NCBI GenBank assembly: GCA_010909165.1
Contig: MU008160.1
Coordinates: 1,736,001 to 1,800,000 of the forward strand
Direction of reading: 5' to 3'
Origin: Anthoceros angustus
Taxonomy: Eukaryota; Plantae; Anthocerotophyta
DNA: 64,000 nucleotides
This document shows positions 24,961 to 38,879 of this stretch, piece by piece. The notes beneath the pieces were generated by a model. That model searched no databases. It was given only the letters and a program-made list of their open reading frames with translations, and was not told the DNA's origin. Made by a program: the position numbers and the translations under genes. The number at the start of each line of letters is the position of its first letter. Positions within the stretch are counted from its first letter, which is position 1.

Positions 24961-26121
24961 ACTTCTCTACACCACTGTTGCCAAATGTAGGGTATTCCTA
25001 GCATATATAGACACTTTTTATTTCTAAAAATGCCAAGGTCCAAGGACTTTCTATCCTGACCTAACATACCCAGAGTTAAAGTCCAAGGACCAATTATTTA
25101 TAAAAATATTATTGCCATGGGCCAAGGATCACTTTCAGTATAAAAGGCCTTGCCCGGACGATTCCTAAGCGTTCCATCACACCAACAACAGAAAAAAACA
25201 AAAAAAAATCGTTCAAACCGACAGTTCAGAGAAGGGTTAGTGTACATGTGGTCTCCCACACTAAGTCATCAACATATAGTGCAACCAGCACAAGGGAGCT
25301 GTCCTTGCGGAGTACATAGATATTGGTGTCTGCTTCACTTTGGATAAAACCTATCTTCTTGAGGTAAGAGTCCATTCTCTCATACCATAAACGTGGGCTT
25401 TGCTTTAGTCCGTAAATGGAACAAATAAGTTTACACACCTTGTTTGGGTATTGCTGATCTTCATAGTCTTCTGGTTGATCCATTGTTGATCTCTTCTTGC
25501 AGATGACCATAAAGAAAAGTAGTACAAACGTCAACCTGATAAATTTCCAGATTAAGCTCGGTACATAAAGCCAAGAGCATTTTGACGAAAGCAGCCTTGA
25601 CTACAGTTGAATAAACCTTATCGCCTTGATAATCCACTCCCTTTTTCTGATTATAACCCTTAGCCACTAGTCTAGCTTTATAGCGAATACGAGGTTCAAC
25701 CTCCTGGAATTTAGTTTTGAGAACCCACTTGCATTTATGAGTTCTCGCCTTCCCCTCGGCGGGAACAATAGGGATAGGTCTTTGCTTGAGGTGAAGAGGC
25801 CGGATGGAGCGTGTTGCGGACCTGAGTCGAGAGGACCGAGTCAAAACTCGTGCATAAGGTCACTGGTCGGAAGAAGCAGTGTCGTCTGAAGGAGCCGAAG
25901 CAAAATCCATGGATTCAGAACGAGCAGATGCTACCCGAGCCTCATCAAAAGTGACAGTGCGAGCATATACAATAGCATGGGTATCCAAGTCAACCAGATT
26001 ATAAGCCTTACGGTCCTCGCCATAGCCAACAAATACCAACTTGGGAGCGCGAGCAGAAAGCTTGTCGCGAAGCTGAGAGGGAACATTAGCATAGGCGGGG
26101 CAGCCAAAAATCTAAAGATGA

Positions 26122-28228
26122 AACATGATAATTTTTGAAGGGGGGGAATATAGTAACCCCCTTCGGTCGAGACAGCACCCCCTTGTCACGAAGAACACAT
26201 TTCCTAGAACAGCATATCTGCCCTACTTTGATAATGCGCACACCCTTTCTGAGGTCATACCTTTGATAAAAGATGCACTTTCAAGTCTACACTCGTGATT
26301 GGAGCACAGTAGGGTGTGGACCCGTTTGCGTTTTAGTAGAATGCATAGAGGGCTTCCATTTTCATATGTTTATTACAACCGAAAATTTTACTTTCAAGTG
26401 GTGGAACACAATGAAAACAATCCTGTACTAGCAGGAGTCTCATTTCAGTGGTCGTGAGAACATTGCAACAAACAACTGCTAAAGGAGGAAGTGGTCATCA
26501 ACATCGATAATAGTCATTGAAGAGTGCGGCCTAGCGACTCATCCATGCCTTGCGCCGAAACTGAGTCAAGTACCACCGCTATATTCCGGAGGCGGTCCAT
26601 ATCGTCCGCCTCAAAGTTGTCGTTCTCCTCCATTGCTTGCTCGCCTTCAATAGTATCATTCTTGGGCCCCGACTGTGATCGCCATTATCAAGATCTAGGG
26701 TCCACGACTCATCCAAAAGGTCGCCACCGTGGTCTTCAACCTTCCGGCACTCAATGCAACCACTTGGGCTTTAAGGCAATGCCAGCGTCCTTAAAATGAA
26801 CAAAGTTAGTTGCCCATGCGCCCATGCAAGCATACTTAAAATCAACAAAGTTGAGTTATTAAGAAGATATGAATTTTGAACACGGATCCTAGTCAATACT
26901 ACACCTTTTACCCAAACACTTGACCAATAGACCCAAGTTACAAATCTCTTGAGCCGCTAAATATTCATTTTCTTAAAGATAGCCTATGAGGAGGAGGGCG
27001 CCGGCCGGCGCCCAAGGGAGGGTGTGCTAGGGAGGGCGCCGGCGCCATGGGCAAGGCATGGCGGTTGGGGGGCCGGCGCCCAAGGGAGGCGGCGTGTTGG
27101 GCGCCGGCCGGCGCCCATGGGCGGTGTGCTAGGGGAGGGCGCCCAGGGCGCCCATGGGCAAGGCATGGCGGTGTGCTAGGGGAGGGCGCCACGGCCGGCG
27201 CCCATGAGCGAGCATGCTAGGGAGGGTGCCCGCCGGCGCCCTCCCTAGCTCCACCCGCACCGACGGGTGGTGCTAAGGGAGGGCGCCGCCGCCTCCCTCC
27301 ACGCCGCCTCCACGCCGCCTCCCTCCCGCCTGAACCACCCATAGGGTGGGCAAACGGGTGGTGCGGCGCTTAGGGCGCCACCGGGCCGGCGCCCTCCTTC
27401 CCTACACCACCAGCCGTATGCCCGACGGGTGGAGCGCGAACGGAGGGCGCCAGGCGGCCGGCGCCTCCTTCCCACACCACCAGCCGTATGCCCGACGGTG
27501 GAGGCGAACGAGCCAGCGGCCGGCGCCCTCCGTATGCCCATTGTGGCCCTCCCTTCCACGCACCCCTTGTACGTGGCACTTCCATCAAAAATTCAGTAGG
27601 CTAACCTTGGAATGAAGGCTACCCTTAGAAGCAAATGCCGTCAAATCGAGCCAAGATCCGTCGGTCGATCAGAGGGTACTCCTCCTAAACATCTGTGTCA
27701 CGATGGACAAAAGCGATAAGAGATAAGCTATGAGTTGCGTGGCTTCATACAACCCGCGAGTCAAAGTGCGTCAAGATAGTGATGACAATGCGAGAAGTGG
27801 ACCAAGCGATGAGAAGGATTGAACTCGGGGATGAGTGAAATCAAATCTTGTTTTTCCGGTCCCGAGTTAATGTTGTAAGTCCGGTTGTCGATGTTACTGT
27901 GTTAGGAAATACCTTGTCCGTGTCTTTTGTGGTGTCATAACAAAACCACATTTTCCTCCCAAAACGAGTTCTGATCGTCCCTTCCCGACAGAACCTTCCT
28001 CACCGCTCCTACTTTGCATTATTCTAGGTTCGAGTTTGCGACCACCATTCGACACAAACATTGCTGGATGGAAAGTAGTAACTTTACTGGGTGACACCCT
28101 TTTTTTCGGAGCTCTTTTTTGCAATGCCTTCAAAACGCTGTTTTAGGGCCCATCAAAAACCCCCTTCAGAGATTATTTGCGGAAAACCCCCTTCGAGATT
28201 ATTCACCCCCTTCAAAAATTATCATGTT
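26122..28228. mobile_element. Non-autonomous DNA transposon, 2107 bp, ~29-bp TIRs, 4-bp TSD ATGA
   Basis: TIRs aacatgataatttttgaagggggggaata / tattcacccccttcaaaaattatcatgtt; ATGA at 26118-26121 and 28229-28232. Removing it restores the copia reading KPLITHL*IFGC. Confidence 0.93.
26990..27560. repeat. GC-rich palindromic tandem array (ggcgccggccggcgcc / gctaggggagggcgcc) inside the TIR element
   Basis: Direct reading; units occur in both orientations. Confidence 0.85.
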
Positions 28229-29151
28229 ATGAGTAATAAGAGGCTTATATCCATGCCAGGACTCAAAGGGTGTCCGGCCAGGAACTGACTTGGAAAGAAC
28301 CCTGTTGCGCAGATACGCCGCAGTATTAACCGCTTCGGCCCAGAAGGGTTTGGGGAGCTGAGCGCGGGCTAGCATAGCGCGGGCCATGGCGAGCAGATCG
28401 CCGTTGGCCTTTTCAGCAACCCCATTCTGCTGAGAAGTGTAGGGAACCGTAAATTGACGGAGAATCCCCCTCTCAAGACAGAAGTCCTTAAATTGCCAGT
28501 TATTTAATTCTTCTGCATTATCAGATCTAATGCACCGAAGCTTGTAACCGGTTTGCAGCTCAGCCATAGTGACAAAAGGAGTAAAAGAGCCGAAGGAATC
28601 ACTCTTCAACTTGAGCGGAATAGCAAAGGTATAGCGACTATAGTCATCAACAATAGTCACAAAGTGCAATGCGCCGCCAAGTGAAGGGACTGGGAGTGGA
28701 CCACAAAGATCAACATGGACCAACTCCAAGGGCTGAGTAGCCCGACGGACAGGTAGAGTAGGATAGGGGAAGCTACGTTGTTTAGCATATATACAAGGTT
28801 CACATAACGGTGGAGGCTGTGAAAAGTGTGGTAAGCCGAGAATGCCATAATAGAGAGTCACCTTTGTAGGAACGCCCTCTGTCGACCGCAGTTGCCATTG
28901 CGGGAGCTGGGGTCGAGGAAGCCGTGATCACCGGTGCAGCAGAGAAGACATAGAGATCATGCTGCGGACGACCTCTGGCAACCACGCAACCAGGAGAAAC
29001 AGACCTTGTAAGGAGGCAATCGCCTCTGCCGAACTCGAGTTTGAAAGTACCATCCTTCACCAAGTTGGTCCAAGCATGCTTTAGTGCTCACATTAGTGAG
29101 AAACGGACGAAACATTGTTATTTTGTCCTCATGTAAAGTTAATAATTTTAA

Positions 29152-32100
29152 CTAATTTATTTCTTCTGCATAAGGATCTGCTATAGCAAGGACTGGAGCG
29201 CTACTGAGGGCCTGTTTCAAGGCCTCGAATGGTACCTGAGCGATTGCATCTAGCTGCAGGGTTTTACTGGCTGATTGCTTGAGGGCAGCTGTCAACGGAA
29301 TTGCAATTTTGCTGAAGTTCCGGGTAAAGCGCCGATAAAAACCTGCCATACCATTGAACCCCCTGAGCTATGTGATGTCTTGGAGGAGGGGCCATCCTAG
29401 TATAGCTTTAATCTTTCTAGGGTCAACCTTAATACCCCCGGAGCTAATAACATGGCCCAGGTACTCGCACTCATTTTTCATGAAGACACACTTGCTCCGC
29501 TTGGCCAGTAGCTTGTTATTCCTAAGCAGGGTGAATACTTGTCTCACTAGCTGAATGTGATTGTGGGGTCTGCAGAGTATATCAGGATATCGTCAAGAAA
29601 AACTTCCACCCCTTTTCCCAAGAGTGGTCTCAGAATCTCTTGCATGAGGCACTAGAAGGTAGCTAGGGCGTTGGTGAGGCCAAAGGGCATCACTGTGAAT
29701 TCAAAGTGGCCATGCCTTGTACGAAAGGCCGTCTTGAACTCATCACCCGCCTTGATCCGGATTTGGTGGAAACCCGAGCGGAGGTCGATTTTGGTGAAGT
29801 AGCTTGACCCATGCAGCTGGTCTAGAATTTCATCTATTCTAGGCATCTGGTATACATTTATGATTGTGGCTCGATTGAGCCCTCTGTAGTCTATACATAA
29901 CCTCCAATTTCCATCTGGTTTTGCCACCAATAGGACGGGTGCACCAAAGGGAGACACCGACGACCGGACGAACCCACTCTGTAAGAATTCATCAACTTGT
30001 CTTTTGATCTCTTCGTTTTGTGAAATTGAAGTTCCATAAGGTTGGATACTTGCGGGTTTATGGCCCGGCATGAGATCGATACCATGATCAATTGCCCATC
30101 GGGGAGGTAGCTCAGTGGGCTCGGCGAAGATGTCAGCATACTCTTGTAACATCTCCTTGAAGTCACTAGGCAACTTGGCCTCATCTTCCTTCGCTTGGGC
30201 TGCTCTGGACTCTGATGTGCCATCTAGGGGCAACACCCTCTTTAGCAGAGCTATGTACTGGAAATTGCCTGTGGCTGTGACTTTATTGAAAACTGATACG
30301 GCGAACAAGTGCTTGTTCTGTACGTAGCGTTCGCCAGACATTACATATTGCTTGCCCTCTACTTACAAGGTGACTACGTTGTTATCCCAGTCTATGTCTA
30401 GGGCTCTGGAATGATACGCTAGCCAAGGCTTGCCAACTATGACATCATGGCAAAGCGTTGGCATAATAGTGAACCCCAGGGTCTTTGCGTAGCCTCCTGG
30501 GAAGGTGAGATTTGCATCTGCCCACTGTTCCTCATTAATGTTTCTACCGTCCAGATCCGTAATTACCGTGGATAAGTGACCTGAATTGTGGATATGTAGG
30601 CCTGCTCTCTCTACGGCCACCCTGGATATGGAGTGATCGCCAGCCCCAGAGTCCAGCAACACTGTGGCTCTGGTCCCTTCTAGTCCCACTAAGAATTTGA
30701 TGGGAAATTCATGTGATCCATGTGGCAAGCATTGGCTGCGCTGATCCCATAACATGCCTACACATTGTCTTCGGATGGACCCTCTGTCCTTTTTGTCTCT
30801 TCAGTCCTAACCGAATGTCCACTTTTTGCAGGGGTTGGTGTGTTAGCTGAGCTCCTGGTAGTCTTACCAATTTCCTTCAACCAAGTAATAAAATCCCTGC
30901 TAAAAGGACAGACTCTAGAACCATGTTTGGTGGACATACACGTGAAGCACGTGTGCTTCTCGTGACTCTGTTTTCTTCGCTTGGTGAGTCTTGAACACCG
31001 GCTTCTTGTCGTAGTATTACTGCCTTTTCCCACTTGGATTTGAAAGCTCCTGCAGACTGGGATGTTTGTACTTATTAACTACCATAGTTAATCGCAGCTT
31101 TCATGGCCTCTTCTAGGGTGCTTGGATTGGTTTGATAAACGTCGGCCCTCATGTCGAACTTCAGCCCATCGATGAACTTCTCGATTTTTTGTTCCTCGTC
31201 GAGACGTGGCATGTCCAGGGTGAGTTGGAGGAAGCTGTCACTGTAGTCCTATACAATTCCTTGCTGGAAGATGGTTATGAACTGGTGGTATAATTCCTTA
31301 CGGTGGTTCACTGGCAAGAATTGTTGGAGAGATAGCTGTTTGAAGACACCCCAAGAGTATGCGAAGGGTTCCATCCCCAAGTCCACTTGATTCTCCCGTT
31401 GGCGCCACCACCAGTAAGCGTACCCTTCCAAGCTCATAACACTTTACTAAATTTTTTGAAGGTCATCCTTCTCACCCAAGGCGAAGATGTCGGCATACTC
31501 TTGTAACATCTCCTTGAAGTCACTAGGCAACTTGGCCTCATCTTCCTTCGCTTTTGCTCGGACTCGATGTGCCATCTAGGCAACACCCTCTTTAGCGTAG
31601 CTATGTCGGAAATTGCGTGGTCGTGACTTTATTGAAAATCGACAGTCGAACAAGTGCTTGTTCGACGCAGCGCCGCCGGACATTACATATTGCTTGCCCT
31701 CTACTTACAAGGTGACTACGTTGTTATCCCAGTCTATGTCTAGGGCTCTGGAATGATACGCTAGCCAAGGCTTGCCAACTATGACATCATGGCAAAGCGT
31801 TGGCATAATAGTGAACCTGTGGTCTTTGCGTAGCCTCACAGGAAGGTGAGATTTGCATCCGCCCACTTGTTCCTCATTAATGTTTCTACCGTCGGATCCG
31901 TAATTACTGTGGATAAGTGACTGAATTGTGGATATGTAGGCTGCTCTCTCGGCCACCACGGATATGGAGTGATCGCCACCCCGAGTCCAGAACACCGTGG
32001 CTCTGGTCCCTTCTAGTCCCACTAAGAATTTGATGGGAAATTCATGTGATCCATGTAGCATTGGTCACATTGATCCCATAACATGCCTACATTGTCTTGG

Positions 32101-33240
32101 ATGGACCCCTTTTTGTCTCTTCAGTCCTAACCGAATGTCCACTTTTTGCAGGGGTTGGTGTGTTAGCTGAGCTCCTGGTAGTCTTACCAATTTCCTTCAA
32201 CCAAGTAATAAAATCCCTGCTAAAAGGACAGACTCTAGAACCATGTTTGGTGGACATACACGTGAAGCACGTGTGCTTCTCGTGACTCTGTTGTTTTTCT
32301 TCGTCGGTGAGTATCTGGAACACCGGCTTCTTGTTCGTAGCATTGGCTGTCTTTCCCCACTTGGATTTGAAAGCTCCTGCAGACTCCAGATGTTTGTACT
32401 TATTAACTACCATAGTTAATCGCAGCTTTCATGGCCTCTTCTAGGGTGCTTGGATTGGTTTGATAAACGTCGGCCCTCATGTCGAACTTCAGCCCATCGA
32501 TGAACTTCTCGATTTTTTGTTCCTCGTCGAGACGTGGCATGTCCAGGGTGAGTTGGAGGAAGCTGTCACTGTAGTCCTATACAATTCCTTCCGGAAGATG
32601 GTTATGAACTGGTGGTATAATTCCTTCGGGTTCCTTTGGCAAGAATTGTTGGAGAGATAGCTGTTTGAAGACACCCCAAGAGTATGCGAAGGGTTCCATC
32701 CCCAAGTCCACTTGATTCTCCCGTTGGCGCCACCACCAGTAAGCGTACCCTTCCAAGCTCATAACACTTTACTAAATTTTTTGAAGGTCATCCTTCTCAC
32801 TGGCGGCAAGATATTTATCCATCTTGTCCAGCCAGTCATGCACACTTTGTGCATCCTTGGCGCTGCCGTTGAACATGCTGGTCTTGATCTTCCTTTGCAA
32901 CTCCTTGTCCAGTTGCACTTTGGGCTTGAACATCGTTTATTTACGTTCTCCCAACTCTAAGGCAGTCCTACCCTTTTGGCTCTCCCACTGTTTATACCGC
33001 AACAGCTGTAGCCACCTGACCAATGCCCGGATATCCTTATTATCCTTCTCACTAGGTAGGAGCTCGACTTCCAGCTTCCGGATAGCTTCTTCGTCCTCAC
33101 CATGGCTTGGCAATTCACTAGCCCCGGCTGGCGATTCCTGATCTCTCCGCCTCAGGTCTCCGACACTCGGCAGCCTGGTTGTTGGGATGGTGAAGGCTGC
33201 TTCTCGCATTGACCGAGACAGTTGTTCCAAATGCACCGGT
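29152..33240 (-). mobile_element. Ty3/gypsy (chromovirus-like) gag-protease-RT, 3'-truncated, with internal ~1.35-kb tandem duplication
   Basis: Gag LEGYAYWWW and knuckle CFTCMSTKHGSRVC; protease LLDSGA; [39 protein letters not shown]. 30123-31475 is repeated at 31479-32800. Confidence 0.93.
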
Positions 33241-33762
33241 GGGGGAGTCGGTGTATCTAGTTAGAAGTACAGACCGCGTTGGTTATGGTTACCTTGGATA
33301 AACCCAGCGTGGTCATACCCTCTACACCGTCTAATTTCCTATTTACGTATTTACCTAATTATACATATACGCATTATTACGGATCCCGTTCCGTTGGTAT
33401 TTAACGTACCGTTCAGGACAAGGTTTGAGTGGGTACCCGTTTTCTGAATACCTAGCCGGGTTCCTGCGCGGTGTGGCGGTTCGTGTCCCGAGTCTATTGA
33501 TGAAATAGGTCTAGATTAGGGCACTATTCATTAGGGCCTCATAACTTAAACATTATTATTTACCTAGGGTTATTTAGGTAGTTAGTAGTTATATTAGTTA
33601 TATTGGTTACAACAACTTACGGTTGCAACTACTTATGGTTGCAACCACTTATGGTTGTAACCACCCAACTACCAGCCTATTTAAAGGCTTGTACTTTACT
33701 CATTAAACACTTACTTACATTGTTTCTTCTTCTTCTAATCTAAGAGCTACAGATTCTCATCA

Positions 33763-33774
33763 TGGTATCAGAGC
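33763..33774 (+). promoter_or_regulatory. Primer-binding site complementary to tRNA-iMet
   Basis: tggtatcagagc immediately after the 5' LTR terminal CA. Confidence 0.9.
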
Positions 33775-36700
33775 ATCGTTGCTCTCTTGCGCATGCTTAT
33801 GTTTCTTATATATGATGAGATTATTTACAAGGCACTCTTAAATCTAGCATTCGTCTAGATGGAGTGCTATTGTTCTACATTCTCTATTTCACCAATTCTT
33901 CATCTCTTCCTTTAACATGCTTATATGTTTCAATCTTCTATAATTTCTCCATGGACTTCAATTCTATTAGAAGGAGAAAGAAGGTTAAAAGGAAAGAGAA
34001 TCTCATTAGGCAACAAGCTATTGAGAGTGAAATAGAACAAATCTCTTCATCTATAGCAAATTTCATTGCATCAATTTTATTTCCAAAACCGGATCAAGGG
34101 AAGCTTATCAAGTTATCAAGATGTCATTTACTTGAATACTTCAGCCCTATTCATATTAAAGCTTTGGAATTGGCCCTTAACCATATTCCAAATTTAATAA
34201 TTGGATTAAGTTCTTCCGTACTCTGTTTTGACAAATAAAAATAGAATTCAAACTCCATCTCTTCATGATTTTTATAATCAATTTTCATCTCTTAAAATTC
34301 GGTCTCTAATCTTCAAACTGAATTATTTGATTTGAAATCAAAATTTTCTTTGTTTTCTGAGTTTAATACTAATCAAGGATTAGAGAGTATGTCATCATCT
34401 CAAAACATAGCGATGGATGAATTCTATATGTGCAATAAAATTGAGCATAAGCCTTACAATGACTTTGTCCTTTAAGGACGATTAGCTATGGCGGAGTGAT
34501 TGAAGAAGAATTTGAAGCTACCCAAAACTCGCCTATGGGTAATGATAATGTCCATCCTCCCACACATTATCATTTTGGTGATGGTTTCAAAGAGAAAGAT
34601 AGATTCAACGGAAAGATTATGATATTTGGGCATTACGTATGCGAGGAGCATTGAGACAAAGAGCATTATGGGGTATTGTTGATGGATCCATAACGAGACC
34701 GAGGGGATGATGAACGAGAACTTGATTTCTGGGACGCTGGATGAGAAGGCACAAGATTTATTAATAAGTGGACTCTCTCAACAAATGGTCGCATGTTGCA
34801 CGCAAAACATCTCATGAAATGTGGTCTCACCTTACTCAATTATATTCATCACAAGATGTAATGAGCATTGTGGCGACTTCGTAACTTTCGTAATTTATTT
34901 ATGAAAGAATCCGATACTATCGAACATCATATTAATGCTTTTAGACAAGCACGTTCCCAAGTTGAATCAATCGGTGTACCTATATCCGAGATGGAAGCTT
35001 ATGTCACCCTTCTATCTTCATTGCCTCCCTCCTATCGTCCATTCATCACTACTCAAACGCAGCTTATTCGCAATTCACGGAGAACCGCAGATGATGGCAC
35101 AAAGGGTTTGACATAAGTGTTTAACGATCGGAGCACTTCTCCGAGGAGGCAAGTAGGCGCCATTCTCACTCCAGGCCTAATAAACAACAAGTAATGTACT
35201 TGAGGGTAGAGGAAGAGGACGAGGCAGGCCGAGGTTACTCTTCCCAACGCCTCCATATTCTTCGCCAAGTACGAACATTGGAGAAAGCTCTTCATCGACA
35301 CCTTCAAAGGGTAAGAAGAAGAGCGGCATTATATGCAATTGGTGTAGGATCCCTAACCATATGGAAAAGGATTGTCACAAAGAAGAATGGTGAACCTCGC
35401 AAGGAGGCTTCACATGGAGTTAATGTAGCATCTAAAAAGCAAACTTCATCAACTCCAGTGCTCACCGTATGTTTGGCATCATCCAAGCCTCGCTAATACC
35501 TCATGGTATTTAGACAGGAGCAACATCACATATATGTTACAACAAAAGTTATTTTCAATCATACTCACCAACCACAGTGGCACCAAGTCGTCCTCTTGGG
35601 AGATGATCACAACTCGCCTATCGAAGGTACCGGTTACATTGTCGACATGTGATCGGACAAGTCCTTCACCTCCACCAAGTACTCCATGTTCCATTAATGT
35701 GCAAGAATTTATTATCATTGCAAGTATTTGTCAAACCCATTCTATGCTGGTGACCCTTTTTACAGATAGTTGCTTTCTCTCTCATGTAGGTGATAGCAAT
35801 CATATTATTTGTAGTGGTACTTTAGAAGATGGCCTTTATAGATTGTCTGTCCTAGTAGGAGGTCAACAATCTTATGTCACCAGTTCTTCTCCACAAAGTC
35901 CCCCTCCATCAATGTTATGGCATTGTCGCCTTGGTCACCCAAATAGTCAAAAACTCACCCAGATGTCTAAGGAAACTTTAGAAACCCATGTCTTGCAAAT
36001 GTTGGGCATTTATCACAGTGCGAAACTTGTGTCCTCACAAAGCGTCACCAAGAGCCTTTTAAAACAAATCTCCACAAAGGGCAAAGAAACCTTTAGAGAT
36101 AGTGCATACTGACATCCGTGGACCTCTATCTACATCTTCTTTAGTGGAAGTAGGTATTTTTGACTTTTATAGATGATTTTTCCGTTTGTCTCCTCCTATG
36201 TCTTGCAACACAAGTCCGATGCTTTTCAATTTTTCAAAGATTATATGAAATGGGCAGAGACTTACAGATTGCAAACCGAAAACATTACGCTCGACAATGG
36301 AGGTGAATTTACATCTAATCGATTTGAGGAGTTTTGTCGAAAGGTATTGCTCAACAACTCTTTGTCTATACTCCTCAACAAAATGGGATAGCCGAAAATA
36401 AAAATCTGCGTTTACAAGAGATAACAGTTGCTTATTAACACGAGCCAAGTTGCCTAAGGTTTATTAATGAGGCCCTTCTTACCGCAACCTATCTTATCAA
36501 TCGCTTACCTACATCAAGTACACGCATGACGCCTTATGAAGCGTTATTGGCAAGAAACCGTCCATTGATCATCTTCGTATTTTTGGATCACCGGCATATG
36601 TTTTCATTCCTAAAGCATTACGTAAGAAGTTGGATCCCAAGGCAGCCAAGTATCTTTTCATAGGATATATCAAGGCATTAAAGGGTATAAGTTATATAAC

Positions 36701-38879
36701 CCTTCAACAAGACAACTTCTTTATGCTCGGAGTGTTACATTCCATGAGTCTTACCTCTTTTCTCCAAGGGGAGTTGAAGTCGTTGACTCTGCCGATGATG
36801 CTAATGATTTTCTACATTTGATGATCCTAATCCCTTCCTTTCCTTGTCCCTACTCCTCGTGTTCCTTCCGCTGACCCCATGCGCAGAGGAGGAGGAGCCT
36901 CTTCCACCTTCATCCGATCCCCTTGAGGCCATTTCGGAAGATGCTATACCTCCTGCTCAAGATGATAATGATCGGTTGGAAGCGATGATATGAAGAAATG
37001 GATCCCCTTAGAACAAGAAGATGAACCAGCCTGTGGAAGACACACACGCACAAGGTACAACCTTAGATCACGTCCACTCATCTCGGCCTGCTGGTTGGAA
37101 AGAACCCCTTTGGGATACCTTGCTATTTTTCCCGATTCTAATTCTCCGAGTCCCTTTATAATCCGTACATGCACTGTGAGACTTAGAAGAGCCTCTTACC
37201 CTAAAACAAGCCTTCTCTTCTCCTCCAAACATCTATGGAAGGAAGTCAGATTCGGAGTATAATTCCCTCATTAGTAATTCTACATGGGAATTAGTTGAAC
37301 CTCCTAAGGGTAGAAAAATAGTAACCAGCAAATGGGTATTTAAGATAAAGAGAAAAGGAGATGGATCCGTGGAAAGGTATAAAGCACGCCTAGTTGCTAG
37401 AGGTTTTACCCAAACTGGACTAGACTATATACCTTGGGCCACTTATGCTCGTAGCCAAGTTTGCCACTCTTCGCATGATCTTCGCTATATGTGCCCGACG
37501 ATCTTGAACTTCATATGATGGATGTGAAGACAGATATTTGTATGGGCGCTTGAAAGAAGAAATATACATGAAGCAACCCGAGGGTTATGAAGTAAAAGGC
37601 AAGGAGCATTTAGTATGTAAATTGATCAAGGGTCTATATGGACTCAAGCAATCCGCAAAATTGGAACTTGACCATCCATATACAACTCTCGAATAAGGGA
37701 TTTAAGCAAAGTAAAGGCGATGCTTGCTTATATATTTACCTTAAGGAAATGATATATTTACCTTCTATTATCGTCGATGACGTCTTTATGGCAACAAACT
37801 CTCTTATTCTCCTAATGAGATAAAGCATGGCTTGGACATTATATGAAATGACCGACACAGAAATGAATTATGCACTTGGTGTAAATATTATCCGCGATAG
37901 GAGTAATAAAGTGAGCATAGTTCAAACCAAGTATATAAAGGAGAGTTTAGCAAAATTGGAATGGAAGATGCAAAGCTGCACCCACACCTTTTGCTAGTGG
38001 CATCGCTTACTTGATATGAGTCCTAAGAGTGCTCAAGAGAAATGGAGATGGCATCCGTCCCATATCGACATCTTGTCGGCACTCTCATATATTTAAGCAA
38101 TTTTACTAGACGATATTTCTTTTGAAGTCACCTCCAGCTTTTGGAGAACCACGACATCAACAGGATGTCGGTTAAGCGTATTTTTCGATACCTTAAAGGG
38201 ACTATGCAAACAGTGACATTTAAGCATACACCGCAATCAAAACATTAACACTTACGGCATATGCCGATGCCGATTATCTGGTGATCACACTAAAATCCGT
38301 ATCGTTATGTTTTACTTCTTGGAGGAGCTCCAATATCATGGTCGAGTAAGAAACTACCATTGCCTTGTCTAATCGAATCAATATAGAGTACTAACATCTA
38401 TTTCCAAGGATATAGTATGGTCTAGGCTAATTTTGAGTGAACTTAATCACCCTCAAGAAACCCAACATCTCTTTTAGTGATAGTCGCCATAGCACTTGCT
38501 AGAAACCTGCTTTCCATTCCAACCAAACACATAGTTGAGTATCACTATATCGGAGAAGTTGGAAGATAACACTATAGATATCACTTATATACCAACACAA
38601 AACAATCCAAATTGATTTGTTAACTAAGTCATTAGGAGAGATTTGCATTTAAGACACATGAAAATGTTAGGTATTCAAGAGGTTTAAGTCGCTAGCTAGT
38701 ATGTGTCAATGTATTTTCTATAGTCCACACATCTTGTCTAGCATAGAAATTTCCTCTCCTAACTCTATGTAGTCCTCAACATCGCTTATCCTCTCTTTCT
38801 AATACCCGGAAGGATCCTACAATACACACCATGGGTTATAAAGTGAAAATGATGAAAAGATAGTACTTAAGTCGTTAGG

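Larger units (their letters stand above)
25261..29070 (-). mobile_element. Ty1/copia 5' half of pol (GAG-pre-integrase, integrase, RT up to YVDD), interrupted by a TIR element
   Basis: LWHSRL; CEPCIYAKQ; LELVHVDLCGP; IRSDN; QQNGVAE; FWAEAVNTAAYLRNR; KARLVAKG; YGLKQSPRLW; LYVDDL. Confidence 0.92.
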
